From a virus (taxonomy: Duplodnaviria > Caudoviricetes), in the IMG/VR virus record IMGVR_UViG_3300046738_000019, positions 1 to 33,229 of that record: 33,229 nt of DNA. One strand, written 5' to 3'. Positions 18,136 through 26,763 of this stretch are shown piece by piece. The number at the start of each line of letters is the position of its first letter. Position 1 is the stretch's first letter. The notes beneath the pieces were generated by a model, which ran no database searches, was not told the DNA's origin, and saw only the letters and a list, made by a program, of their open reading frames with translations. A program made the position numbers and the translations under genes.

Positions 18136-20003
18136 GGGTTCCTCCGCTTGGAAAGCCGGCTGATTTCAGCGTGATCGGCACTTGTGAGGGAGGCTCGCTT
18201 CTTGGGCGGAATCCCGAGCCAGTCCCTCATGAACTCCGTGGGCCACTTCCACCCTTTCTTACCTTTCCCGAAGTCACGGGCCAGCTGCTCAGGGTCGTGT
18301 TGCAAGGCGCGAATCCTGCTCAAGGTTTCCCGGATCTGTCGCTCAGTAATGCCAGGCTGCCGATGTAGGATAGCCGCGACCTTCGATAGGTCGAGCGCTC
18401 GCAACTGCCGGACACTTGTTGCGTCCAACTCCATCATAGCATGAGCGAATTCCTCGGGCGCGATCGCGAAAAAGAAGCGCGTTGGACGCCCTTCTGGGAA
18501 CGCGAGGCCATTGTCGACTGCGGCGGCCTTGAACTGACCGCCAACCTTGCGCCAGAGCGCGTTTTCACCGTGCCGATCATCGTTAGCCGCGATGACGTCG
18601 AGCAGGAACATCTTGCGGACGGTGGGATCCTTGGTGATTCGCGGATCGGCTTCGAGTTCGGCTGCGACCTTGAATGTTTCTTTACCTGGCACGAACTGTT
18701 GCAAGCTACCTCGCTGGCCCTGCAGCGTGCGGGACACGGTTGCGGGCACCGTCTGTTCGCCGCCAATGAGTTGGTCAAGCTCGTACAGCGCCACTTCGCG
18801 CTGGTGGAAGCTGCCCTTCTGTACACCGGGGCGCGCGTCTGGTCGTTCCTTATCCACGCTTTTCCACACACCTTGGCGCGTTTGACGATCGGCGCTGCGC
18901 CATGTCACCAACTCAGCGCCCATGGCACCGCCAAGAGGAGCGCGACTCGTCGGCTCGATCGTGCCAGTCATCCACTCTGGCGCCGCACTGGACGGCTCAT
19001 CGCTCGGTTGCGGCTGGCTGGGCGGCGGTACCGACTTCAGGCCCCGCCTGGGCGTACCGAGTGTGCCGGGCGTGCCAAGGGTGCTGGGTGTTCCGAGTGT
19101 GCTGGGCGTGGACGGCTCAGGCCCAAGTAACCCCGCCTCCCGCAGCACGTCGTCCACGTCCGGGATGGCCTGGCACCGGCACCGGATGGGCTGGCCCGGA
19201 TGCGCCGGCACGCCGTCGACCATGGGCGGCTTGTCCCAGCGCTGGTGCGTGCCGTTCATGGCCCGATGGCTTTTGCGCACGCGTTCGTCCTGGCTGCTCG
19301 ACCAGGTGTAGTGCTTGATCCCGACCTGCTGCTGTCGGAGTTGCGCGAGCTCGCCATTGAGCGAGGCGACCTGGTCTGTGGCGATCAGCGCGGCACGGCG
19401 CTTGGAGATGCCGAAGCGCTCTTGGATCTCCTTGGCGACCTCTTCGTGGCGATGCCCGAGCCGCGCGCCGCGCAGGATGATGCCCTTCAGGTCTTCCAAC
19501 TGGTCGAAGGCCACCGACTTCACCAGGCGCACGTTGTCGGCAATGAACGCGTCAATGTGCTGGGCCAAGCCTGCGGGGTGATCGAACAGATCGATCTTCG
19601 CCACGGCCCGGATCTGGCGCTCGAGCTCGCCGCGGCTGTGCTCGCTCACGCGCAAGGCGTTCTCCTGGGCCAGCATCTGAATTTGGCGCTCGGGAATACG
19701 CCGCTCGAGATCCTTGCGCACGTCGGATAGAGACTTCTCGGTGAGCGAGCCCGTGTCATCGATGCGTAGCTCTAGCGCGTCGGGGCGAAGCACGTTGTGC
19801 TGGCCCAAGATCACCGGCAAGAGCGGCATCACGTCGCGCCGGACGGTGGCCTCGACCGTGTTCAGAATGTCGAGGATGCCCCGCAGGTACGCCACGCGCG
19901 CCGCCGATGGGAACCGCGGCGCCGGCGGCCGTGCCCTTTTGGTGCGCCTGGGCGTTCGCCCGATGAGCGCCATTTGTCGAATCGCGAGCTCGAGCGCTCG
20001 CAT
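18132..20003 (-). CDS. MuF (Phage_Mu_F/SPP1 gp7-like) minor head protein fused to a C-terminal PI3K/PI4K-like kinase domain
   Basis: MuF: RAALIATDQ..LNG, Y.WSSS.DERVR.SH, HPGQPIRCRC. Kinase: GVWK, REVALYELD, VP.T, GSLQQFV, LDVIAANDDRHGEN, AVDNGLAFP. Confidence 0.88.
   Translation of the reverse strand: MRALELAIRQMALIGRTPRRTKRARPPAPRFPSAARVAYLRGILDILNTVEATVRRDVMPLLPVILGQHNVLRPDALELRIDDTGSLTEKSLSDVRKDLERRIPERQIQMLAQENALRVSEHSRGELERQIRAVAKIDLFDHPAGLAQHIDAFIADNVRLVKSVAFDQLEDLKGIILRGARLGHRHEEVAKEIQERFGISKRRAALIATDQVASLNGELAQLRQQQVGIKHYTWSSSQDERVRKSHRAMNGTHQRWDKPPMVDGVPAHPGQPIRCRCQAIPDVDDVLREAGLLGPEPSTPSTLGTPSTLGTPGTLGTPRRGLKSVPPPSQPQPSDEPSSAAPEWMTGTIEPTSRAPLGGAMGAELVTWRSADRQTRQGVWKSVDKERPDARPGVQKGSFHQREVALYELDQLIGGEQTVPATVSRTLQGQRGSLQQFVPGKETFKVAAELEADPRITKDPTVRKMFLLDVIAANDDRHGENALWRKVGGQFKAAAVDNGLAFPEGRPTRFFFAIAPEEFAHAMMELDATSVRQLRALDLSKVAAILHRQPGITERQIRETLSRIRALQHDPEQLARDFGKGKKGWKWPTEFMRDWLGIPPKKRASLTSADHAEISRLSKRRNP
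19050..19115 (-). repeat. Imperfect 18-bp coding tandem repeat (about 3 copies; PSTLGT PSTLGT PGTLGT)
   Basis: Visible in the translation of the MuF-kinase linker. Confidence 0.7.
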
Positions 20004-21457
20004 TACTCGTCCGTGTCAGGTGGTGGCGGCTCGGGCTTGTCGCCGCCAGAACCGAGCTGCGGGGGCATCAGTTGAGGCGGGACGACCGCGGGCTTTCCAG
20101 CTTCCTCCTCGAGCAGATCGAGCTCGGCTTTGAGCGCGCGCCTGCGAACATCGACGTCGATGGTGCTGAAGTCTCCATCCTGGGCGAGCTCGAGCGCTGC
20201 CTCTTCGGGGAGGATGATCTGCGCGGTGACGAGCGTCGCCACCGTGTCGGCTTTGACTTTCTTCGTGTCGGCGCGCTCCTTGTCGGTGGGCTGCCAGAGC
20301 GGCCTGAACACCAGCTTCCAGTTGTCGGGTTCTTTGCCGCTCGTGGGCCCGGCCTTGGCCAGCATGAACAGGCGGACCATGCGCTCGAGGCGCGGCCGCA
20401 GGACGTCGTTCTGCGCGTCCTCAACCGTGTCGTACCAACCCCGGATGTCGCTCTCGCCCGTGGCGTTCAGGCCCGCCGGCGAGCGGCCATAGAGCAGCGT
20501 GACCGGCATTTCCGCTGCGGCAGCGTCCCGCATCATGAAGCGGTCGAGCATCTCGGGCAGGCCTGCAAAGCTGGTTGCGACGCGCTCGAACGCCTCGCGA
20601 TCAGCGTCGACCAGGATCGAGCGGCACACCGACCGCGCCATGTCCATCATCTCCATGCGCGTTCGCAGGACGGCCTCGCTGCCGGCGGCAATGAGGTCGA
20701 CCAGATTCGCGATCTTGAGCACGCCCTGCGACGCATCGGCCACCAGGTGTGCGGTTGACTGCCACGCCGTCGCGCTCTGCCGGATACTCTCCTCGGCGCG
20801 CTGGAGCACCGAGTCGTCCCATCCGTCATTGCTGTACAGCCCGCGCGCGGTGAGCGCGCCCGGGAACATGATGAGACGCGAGCGGTGGATGAGCACCTCT
20901 TCGGTGGTCCCCATGGAGCCGGTCAACGTGCTGGTGCGGCGCACCGCGTACAGCTCGGGTTCGCCGAACAGGGGATCGCGGACGTCCTCGTAGCGCTTGC
21001 GCACCTGGAGCTGGGTGCGCTTGAGCACGTTCAGGAACGCAACCTCGCGGACATTGCCTTCATTGAGCGGCTCAGCAGGGTCCAGGCCGTCGTCGGCGCC
21101 CACGAACACCCCACCGCCGCCGTATAGCCGGCCCCAAATCCATGCCTCGCGGAGTTTGGGCAGCGCGGACATGTCCTCCATGCGGCCAATAAGCGCCCGC
21201 ATGACCTCGGCGGACTGATCCTTGTCCAGGCCCTCGAACTCCAGTGTGAACCCACGCCGTGTTGCGTCGCGCGGCAGCTTGTCGACGATCTTCGCGGCGA
21301 ACGCGTCGTCGTTGTAGAGCGCCTCGAGCTGGCCCTCTTGCAAACGCATCCCGGGTACGATCTGGGCGTGGCTGAGCTTGTCGCGCATGCCGCCGAGCCC
21401 AGTGAGCGCGTTGACCCAACTATCGACGCGGTGCACCACCCTCGCCGCGACACTCAT
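20003..21457 (-). CDS. Portal protein (DUF1073-like)
   Basis: DSWVN..TGLG..RDK, W.RLYGG, WDDSVL, A..MP.T.L.GRSP.GLNATGESD..W.YD, F.PLW; follows TerL with ATGA overlap. Confidence 0.88.
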   Translation of the reverse strand: MSVAARVVHRVDSWVNALTGLGGMRDKLSHAQIVPGMRLQEGQLEALYNDDAFAAKIVDKLPRDATRRGFTLEFEGLDKDQSAEVMRALIGRMEDMSALPKLREAWIWGRLYGGGGVFVGADDGLDPAEPLNEGNVREVAFLNVLKRTQLQVRKRYEDVRDPLFGEPELYAVRRTSTLTGSMGTTEEVLIHRSRLIMFPGALTARGLYSNDGWDDSVLQRAEESIRQSATAWQSTAHLVADASQGVLKIANLVDLIAAGSEAVLRTRMEMMDMARSVCRSILVDADREAFERVATSFAGLPEMLDRFMMRDAAAAEMPVTLLYGRSPAGLNATGESDIRGWYDTVEDAQNDVLRPRLERMVRLFMLAKAGPTSGKEPDNWKLVFRPLWQPTDKERADTKKVKADTVATLVTAQIILPEEAALELAQDGDFSTIDVDVRRRALKAELDLLEEEAGKPAVVPPQLMPPQLGSGGDKPEPPPPDTDE

Positions 21458-22857
21458 GACTGCAGCTCCTGGGCGATGACGTTCATGGCAGCCTGGTATG
21501 CGGTCACCGCGGCGTTGTGAAGAGCCTGGAAGGCCCGACTGCACGCATCGACAATGTCGTCGTGTGTGCGGTCAGGAAAGCCCTCGAGCTCGGCGAAGAA
21601 CGCCTCGTTCCACGTGCCGGCCAGCACATCCACGTTGCCGGCCTCGACCTGGGTGGAGAATGGCCCGGCATAGGTCAGCTTGTCCTCGCGTGCCACCACC
21701 GACTCGACACGGTAGCCAACGAGCACGCTCTTGGTGTGCGTCACGTCCACGACGCCGGCCTGGCCCGGGTCCTGCCAGATGCACACTTTCACCACCTTGC
21801 CATCCTGGCTGGCGATGTTCTGCATGGCGCGGTCGACCTGGTGGGGTGAGCCTCGCAGCGACTCCAGATGCAGCACCACGAAGCGCCCGGTACGCGTGAC
21901 GCCCATTTTGACACCGCGCGTCCAGTCCGGATCGGGGTACTCAGCCGTCACCTGCGAGGCGGCCTTGTCCCAGGCACGAACTACGGCCACCAAGTCGGTG
22001 GGCGCAGCTTGGATGAGCCGAAACCAGCTGCGCTGAAAGTAGAGACCAGCCGCAGGCCGAATGCGCCAGTTGCCGCCCTGGCCGCTGCCCAGGAGCCGCT
22101 CTCGCTCGACCTTCGGCATGTCCATGAGCTTTTGCCGATAGCCAGGGTCCTTCTCGAGCAAGATCTTGTTGTCGCTGAGGTAGCCGAGAATGAACGTGAA
22201 GCTCGTGGGCGCGTCCACTCGGTGCGGATACCGCGCCCGAAGCTCTTCAGCGCTGTCGCCCCACACAAGGTCATCGTCGACGCGGTAGAAGTATCGGATC
22301 ACACCCGAGCGCTCGGGTCGGACGTACTCGCCGCGCTCGTCCAAGTACCACTCGATCATTGTCTTGACCCAGCTATCAGGATCCGGATTCATGGTCGCGC
22401 GGATGTAGGCCCGCACGCCGCTCACCGAGCGGTTTCTGGAGTAGAGGTACCAGAACTGCGACGCAAGAAAGTGCGGCAGCTCGTCAAAGCCGATGAGGGC
22501 GTAGCCCTTGCCCTGGTGCTTGAGCTTGTCGCGGTCGAGCTGAAGGTGGTCGAGCCAAACGCTCGCGCCGCTGGGAAACACGCACCGACAAGGATTCTGC
22601 GTAAGCCGGCCCCCGAGCAGCGGATACCACTCGGTCATGAGCTCCCAGAGCGAGCCCGGCCCGAACAGCTCCGGGCTCGTGCGTCGAAAGATGATCGCGC
22701 CAAACCCGCGCACGTCGTGGTTGCGCAGAGCCTCGAGCACGAGGCCGCCGCTCTTGCCCGAGCCCGCCTCGCCGCCGTAGAAGACGATGTCAGCAGTGCT
22801 CGCGAGAAATCGCTCCTGCGAGCCCGGTTGCGGAGCAATCTCCATCACGGCATTCAC
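21454..22857 (-). CDS. terL: Terminase large subunit
   Basis: Walker A GGEAGSGKS, Walker B IGFDE, ATMNP, nuclease motifs RAWD.A, DPGQAG, HDDIVDA. Confidence 0.95.
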   Translation of the reverse strand: MNAVMEIAPQPGSQERFLASTADIVFYGGEAGSGKSGGLVLEALRNHDVRGFGAIIFRRTSPELFGPGSLWELMTEWYPLLGGRLTQNPCRCVFPSGASVWLDHLQLDRDKLKHQGKGYALIGFDELPHFLASQFWYLYSRNRSVSGVRAYIRATMNPDPDSWVKTMIEWYLDERGEYVRPERSGVIRYFYRVDDDLVWGDSAEELRARYPHRVDAPTSFTFILGYLSDNKILLEKDPGYRQKLMDMPKVERERLLGSGQGGNWRIRPAAGLYFQRSWFRLIQAAPTDLVAVVRAWDKAASQVTAEYPDPDWTRGVKMGVTRTGRFVVLHLESLRGSPHQVDRAMQNIASQDGKVVKVCIWQDPGQAGVVDVTHTKSVLVGYRVESVVAREDKLTYAGPFSTQVEAGNVDVLAGTWNEAFFAELEGFPDRTHDDIVDACSRAFQALHNAAVTAYQAAMNVIAQELQS

Positions 22858-23390
22858 TTGAGCTGCTCCGGACGTCGGCCGTTGTCCGGCAAGTAGAACC
22901 GCACGTCGGCCTTACCCTCAACGCGCACGTCGTGACGCTCCACGAACATGCCGAGGTGCTTGCCGAGCGCGTTGAGGGCGTCGGTTTTGCTGTGGAGCTT
23001 GAGCGACACGGACTTCTTGCCGTCGCTGGCAGCGAACATTCTCACCTCGGCCACCGCAGCGAGCTGCTCGGGGGTCCGCTCAGACGATGGCTTGAGGTTC
23101 ACACCGTCGGGACCAAAGGTCAGAAAGTCGGTAATGTTCGCGCGTGCGATCTTCACGTACTCGCGAACCACGTCATCAATCCGCATCTCAAGCCGGCGGG
23201 CGACGTCCGTCATGCGCTTGCTGAGCTCTGCCTGCACGTGCGGCTTTCCGAGAAGCTGGCAGGCAATCTCCTTGGCCGTGCGCTGACTGAACCCGGCGCG
23301 AATCGCCGCTGCCGTGCCATTCATGTCGCTCAGGTACTCGAGCACGAAGCGCTTCTGCTTGGCTGTGAGGCCCTTTTTCTTACCGGGCAT
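22854..23390 (-). CDS. terS: Terminase small subunit
   Basis: LTAKQKRFV.EYL.D.N.T.AAIRAGFS..TA and KLHSK..AL..LGKHLGMF motifs. Confidence 0.92.
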   Translation of the reverse strand: MPGKKKGLTAKQKRFVLEYLSDMNGTAAAIRAGFSQRTAKEIACQLLGKPHVQAELSKRMTDVARRLEMRIDDVVREYVKIARANITDFLTFGPDGVNLKPSSERTPEQLAAVAEVRMFAASDGKKSVSLKLHSKTDALNALGKHLGMFVERHDVRVEGKADVRFYLPDNGRRPEQLK

Positions 23391-23769
23391 ACTCAGCCTC
23401 GAATCCGCGCAGGTCGATGTCGGCAAGCCGGCACCGATTGCAGCACCGCGGTGGGTCGTGCTTCCAGCGCGACCACCTCAGCGTGCGGCGCCGGCCACAC
23501 TTGCACTCGACGAGCACATACCGGACGCGTCGGCCGTCCGGTTGCACGCGGTGACCGTGCTCGAGCACCCTCAACTGCGTCCCGATGCGCGCCGTAGGCT
23601 TCAGCACCGGGCGGCGGATTGCCATCACGCATGCGCGGCACAAACCCGCATACCGCCGCAGTGGCTCGAGCGGGCTGCCGCATGCCCGGCATAGCGTGGG
23701 CTGCGTTGGCACGGGTTGCATGCTGCGGCGCTCACCGCCGCTGTCGAAACCGTAGAGCGTGGGTTTCAT
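23380..23769 (-). CDS. Cys-rich (zinc-ribbon) hypothetical protein
   Basis: GGGAGGAG RBS before ATG 23769; CRAC x2, CKCG, CCNRC. Confidence 0.65.
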   Translation of the reverse strand: MKPTLYGFDSGGERRSMQPVPTQPTLCRACGSPLEPLRRYAGLCRACVMAIRRPVLKPTARIGTQLRVLEHGHRVQPDGRRVRYVLVECKCGRRRTLRWSRWKHDPPRCCNRCRLADIDLRGFEAEYAR

Positions 23770-23896
23770 GGTGCGTGTACTCCTCCCATGATAGACTGCG
23801 TCCCACTGCTGCCCCACAGCGGTCCAGAGCCCTCGGCGCCATCTCAGGTGTCGGGGGCTTTGGCATGTTCTCCTGAGTTGTCTATGAGCACTGCCG

Positions 23897-24388
23897 TCAT
23901 AGGCCGAGCTCCATCTGCACCGCCGGGCCGCGCCGCACCGACACCGTTGCCGCCTCACCATCGACCCGCCGGGCTAGCTCCGCATGCCCGAGCTGCCGCA
24001 GCCAAGCGGCTGTCTCGGTCTGCACCAGGACGAGCGGTCGTTGCCACCACCACTCATGGCCGATGCGCAGCCGACGGATGCCATGACGCACCAGGTCGCG
24101 GCGAATGCGCAACAGCACGGCCGCCCGGATGGCCGGCGACTCGTGGGCGTGGCGCTCGGCGTACTCGGCGAACCATTCCTCGGCTGTTCGCGCCGGCACC
24201 GGGCACGGCCGCTGGGCAAGCAGCTGCGCGTCGACCTCGGCGAGCATAGCGCGCTCGTCGGGGGTGAGCTCGCGACCGGCGGTGGGGCGCTGGTAGCCGT
24301 GCCGCTCGAGCGGCAGCCCCGGCACGCCCTCGAACCGCAAGCCGCAGGCCATGAGGAACGCGTGCAGGTCGTCACGGCTGCGCTTCAT
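23897..24388 (-). CDS. Hypothetical protein
   Basis: 163-aa ORF with ATGA coupling; ends in QMELGL. Confidence 0.65.
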   Translation of the reverse strand: MKRSRDDLHAFLMACGLRFEGVPGLPLERHGYQRPTAGRELTPDERAMLAEVDAQLLAQRPCPVPARTAEEWFAEYAERHAHESPAIRAAVLLRIRRDLVRHGIRRLRIGHEWWWQRPLVLVQTETAAWLRQLGHAELARRVDGEAATVSVRRGPAVQMELGL

Positions 24389-24600
24389 GACCTATCCCTA
24401 TCGTCCTCGAGCGCATCCTCTTCGCCAAGCCCCGCGAGGTCCGCGCCACCACCACCACCGCCCCTGATGCCAACGAGCCAGCCCGCTGCGCGCCAGCTGA
24501 GCTCATACAGCGCCCCCACCGTGCAGAGCACGCTGATGCCCGCGAGCAGCCCGACACCGAGCGCGAGTCGCAAGCAACTTCGGTACTGCAGGCGGGCCAT
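24385..24600 (-). CDS. Small membrane protein
   Basis: ATG 24600; hydrophobic LALGVGLLAGISVLCTVGAL; acidic tail. Confidence 0.5.
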   Translation of the reverse strand: MARLQYRSCLRLALGVGLLAGISVLCTVGALYELSWRAAGWLVGIRGGGGGGADLAGLGEEDALEDDRDRS

Positions 24601-24601
24601 G

Positions 24602-24763
24602 TCACGGCACGCTCCACCCGAACGCCGCGGCCATGAGCAGCAGCGTGCCCACCAGCGCCAGCACCCAGCCAACGGCGTTGGCGAACGCGGGCGGATGCTG
24701 CGCCTAGCTCACCCAGACTGCGATCACGAGACCCACTGCGATGAATGCTCCGGCTTCTGGCAT
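24602..24763 (-). pseudogene. Small two-TM protein gene interrupted by an in-frame TAG
   Basis: MPEAGAFIAVGLVIAVWVS*AQHPPAFANAVGWVLALVGTLLLMAAAFGWSVP; fills the gap between neighbours; TAG at 24704-24706. Confidence 0.55.
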
Positions 24764-24771
24764 GGCTACCC

Positions 24772-25182
24772 CTATCCCCACTCGGGCAGTTGCAATCGTT
24801 CGATGCGGCGTCGGAAGTCACTGGCCAGGCCCGCGCAGGTCGGCCCGCATACCCGGCGCTGCATGTCGAGCAGGCGGTCACCGCGCGGGATGGTGTTGAC
24901 CGGCAACGGGCTGCCGCATCCAAGGCATAGCCTGGGCCGCCGGCGCGATTCGCTCGACTTGGCAACCACCTGGACCAGCGCCACATCCGGTGCACGCTTG
25001 CCTCGGGCATGCATGGCACCGATTGGGCAGGTGCGGCAGCAGCAGCCGGTAATGCCTTCGACAAGAGGCCGAGAGCTGCCCTTGCCGGCGAAGCTCTTGT
25101 GCCGCGCGGCGCAGCTGCGACGGCTGATGCGCCCGTGCAGGTGCGGGCACTCGAATACCTCGGCGAGCTCGAGCCGGGTCAT
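24772..25182 (-). CDS. Cys-rich hypothetical protein
   Basis: FECP, CAARH, CRTCPIG..H, CLGC, CGPTC; ATGA coupling. Confidence 0.65.
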   Translation of the reverse strand: MTRLELAEVFECPHLHGRISRRSCAARHKSFAGKGSSRPLVEGITGCCCRTCPIGAMHARGKRAPDVALVQVVAKSSESRRRPRLCLGCGSPLPVNTIPRGDRLLDMQRRVCGPTCAGLASDFRRRIERLQLPEWG

Positions 25183-25592
25183 GCTGCACGAATCCTTTCA
25201 ACACGACTCGCCTTCGCACGCGCACGATCGCGCCGGTATTGATTTACGCGCTCTCGGTTGGCGGCCCACCACACTCGGTACTTTGCGGCCAGGTCGGCCT
25301 TGTGGCGCGCCTTCCACGCCCGAGCTGCCGCAAGCGATGCATGATACCGGCTCGGATCGGCGCGTCGACGAGCTCGGTACTGCGCATCCACTTGCCGCTT
25401 TTGCGCGCGCCACCGGTCAGCGCCCAGCAAACGTTTCTTGTTGGCGATGCAGCGTCGCACCCGTTCGCGAAGAGCTTGCGCCTGGTACTCGGCCCGTACC
25501 GCGAGGGCCATCCCGACGTCCTCGCGACGAAACGACAGCGTCTCGAACTCCGCCCCAATCTCAGCTCGCAAGCTCGTGCTATCCCATGCCAT
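25179..25592 (-). CDS. Arg-rich helical hypothetical protein
   Basis: GGGAGG RBS before ATG 25592; basic helical segments such as WWAANRERVNQYRR. Confidence 0.6.
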   Translation of the reverse strand: MAWDSTSLRAEIGAEFETLSFRREDVGMALAVRAEYQAQALRERVRRCIANKKRLLGADRWRAQKRQVDAQYRARRRADPSRYHASLAAARAWKARHKADLAAKYRVWWAANRERVNQYRRDRARAKASRVERIRAA

Positions 25593-25593
25593 G

Positions 25594-25854
25594 TCACACC
25601 CTCCCTTTGCTGGTGGTTGTGAAAGACGCTGCCCCGCCCGGGTGTCCACTCCCGGACGGGGCCATCGCCACCGGCTCTAAAGCTGGCCGGCCCGCATTTT
25701 CTTGCGCGTACAGTGTCGAGCGGCAGGAGGGCCGCTCGGCTGCGCCAGAGTTTTGGGAATGCTGCTGCTGCCACAGCGCGAAGCCAAGCGCGGCCAGTAG
25801 GGCCACGACCAGCAGCAAGATGAAGGCTTCGATGTGGTGTTGACGGTGGGGCAT
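25594..25854 (-). CDS. Small single-TM protein
   Basis: ATG overlaps the upstream stop; AFILLLVVALLAALGFALW. Confidence 0.55.
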   Translation of the reverse strand: MPHRQHHIEAFILLLVVALLAALGFALWQQQHSQNSGAAERPSCRSTLYAQENAGRPALEPVAMAPSGSGHPGGAASFTTTSKGRV

Positions 25855-26237
25855 CAGTTGCCGGGCTCCTTGGGTGGCGGTGGCACTGGCGCCTCGATGA
25901 ACCGCACGGGCTGGATCACCTCGGGGCCCAGCGGCGGCAGGCTGACCGGCTTGACCAAGGGCTGTGGCCGAAGTGTCGTGGCGATCGGTTGCGTGCTCGG
26001 CAGCGGCCCGACCACCACGCGCGGCAGCATCCGCCGGGCAGCATCGAGCGCCACGATCAGCCAGTCGAGCGATGAGGCGAGCCGCGTCACCGCCTCGTCG
26101 TCGGCCTTGGTGGCGGTCTTGGCTGCGATGGCGGACAAGGCCGGGATGAGCACCCGGATGGCCATGGCGATCGAGGTGGTGGTGCCGAGCGCGGCGAGCG
26201 CGGCCTCGGCGGGGTGGGCTAGGATCCAGTCGATCAT
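25854..26237 (-). CDS. Holin-like membrane protein
   Basis: MIDWIL start, hydrophobic N-terminus, T.TKADD motif, Pro-rich tail. Confidence 0.55.
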   Translation of the reverse strand: MIDWILAHPAEAALAALGTTTSIAMAIRVLIPALSAIAAKTATKADDEAVTRLASSLDWLIVALDAARRMLPRVVVGPLPSTQPIATTLRPQPLVKPVSLPPLGPEVIQPVRFIEAPVPPPPKEPGN

Positions 26238-26494
26238 TTTTCATCGCTCCTCTCGTCGAGCTGCTGGCGTGCGAGCTCGGTTTGTCGCTGCTGCAGTTGC
26301 CGGGCGCGCTCGCGGTCGATGCCGTCGAACAGGCCGGCGGTGTACTTGTCGCGGCCGATCGGTGGTGGCACCTCGGTGGGCGGCTTCTTGCGCAGGCGCT
26401 CTTGAGCAGCGCTGACCGCGCGGTTGGCGGCGTCGACGAGCAACTCGCCGGCAGCGTTCACCAGGATTCGGCCGACCGCGACGAGAATGCTCAT
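26234..26494 (-). CDS. Hypothetical protein
   Basis: ATG 26494, with ATGA overlaps at both ends. Confidence 0.55.
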   Translation of the reverse strand: MSILVAVGRILVNAAGELLVDAANRAVSAAQERLRKKPPTEVPPPIGRDKYTAGLFDGIDRERARQLQQRQTELARQQLDERSDEK

Positions 26495-26763
26495 GGCACG
26501 TGCTCCCGCCAGTAGGCGTCGAAGTCCTTGGCCACCGCGTCGGCGATCATGCGTGCGACCTGCCGCGCCTGGTCTGCGTCCTGATGGTCGCGCACTTCCC
26601 CATTCAGGCGGAGTCCGGTGAATTCGGCCGCGTATGCGCGCGCCCACAACTCCGCGCGTAGCCGGCCGTGGGTGCGCCAGTCCTCAAGTTGCTGCGCCTT
26701 GCCGTGCGCGATGCGCATGAGCTCGGTAAACTCCATCACGACGCCGCGTTGCTCGTCAGTCAT
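26491..26763 (-). CDS. Hypothetical protein
   Basis: 90 aa, ATGA-coupled. Confidence 0.6.
   Translation of the reverse strand: MTDEQRGVVMEFTELMRIAHGKAQQLEDWRTHGRLRAELWARAYAAEFTGLRLNGEVRDHQDADQARQVARMIADAVAKDFDAYWREHVP

Noticed and set aside
20003-21457. Anti-CBASS Acb1 label sometimes attached to DUF1073-like proteins
   Set aside because: Size, motifs and position after TerL indicate a portal; no paired HxT phosphoesterase motifs were recognised
24704-24706. Genome-wide TAG reassignment (alternative genetic code)
   Set aside because: TAG ends well-defined genes at expected positions (sheath 12014, spike 6669) and the core genes are uninterrupted in the standard code
23984-25843. 619-aa plus-strand ORF
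   Set aside because: Low-complexity R/P/S/A translation with no motif, a TTG start, and antisense to a chain of coupled minus-strand genes; most likely a high-GC shadow ORF
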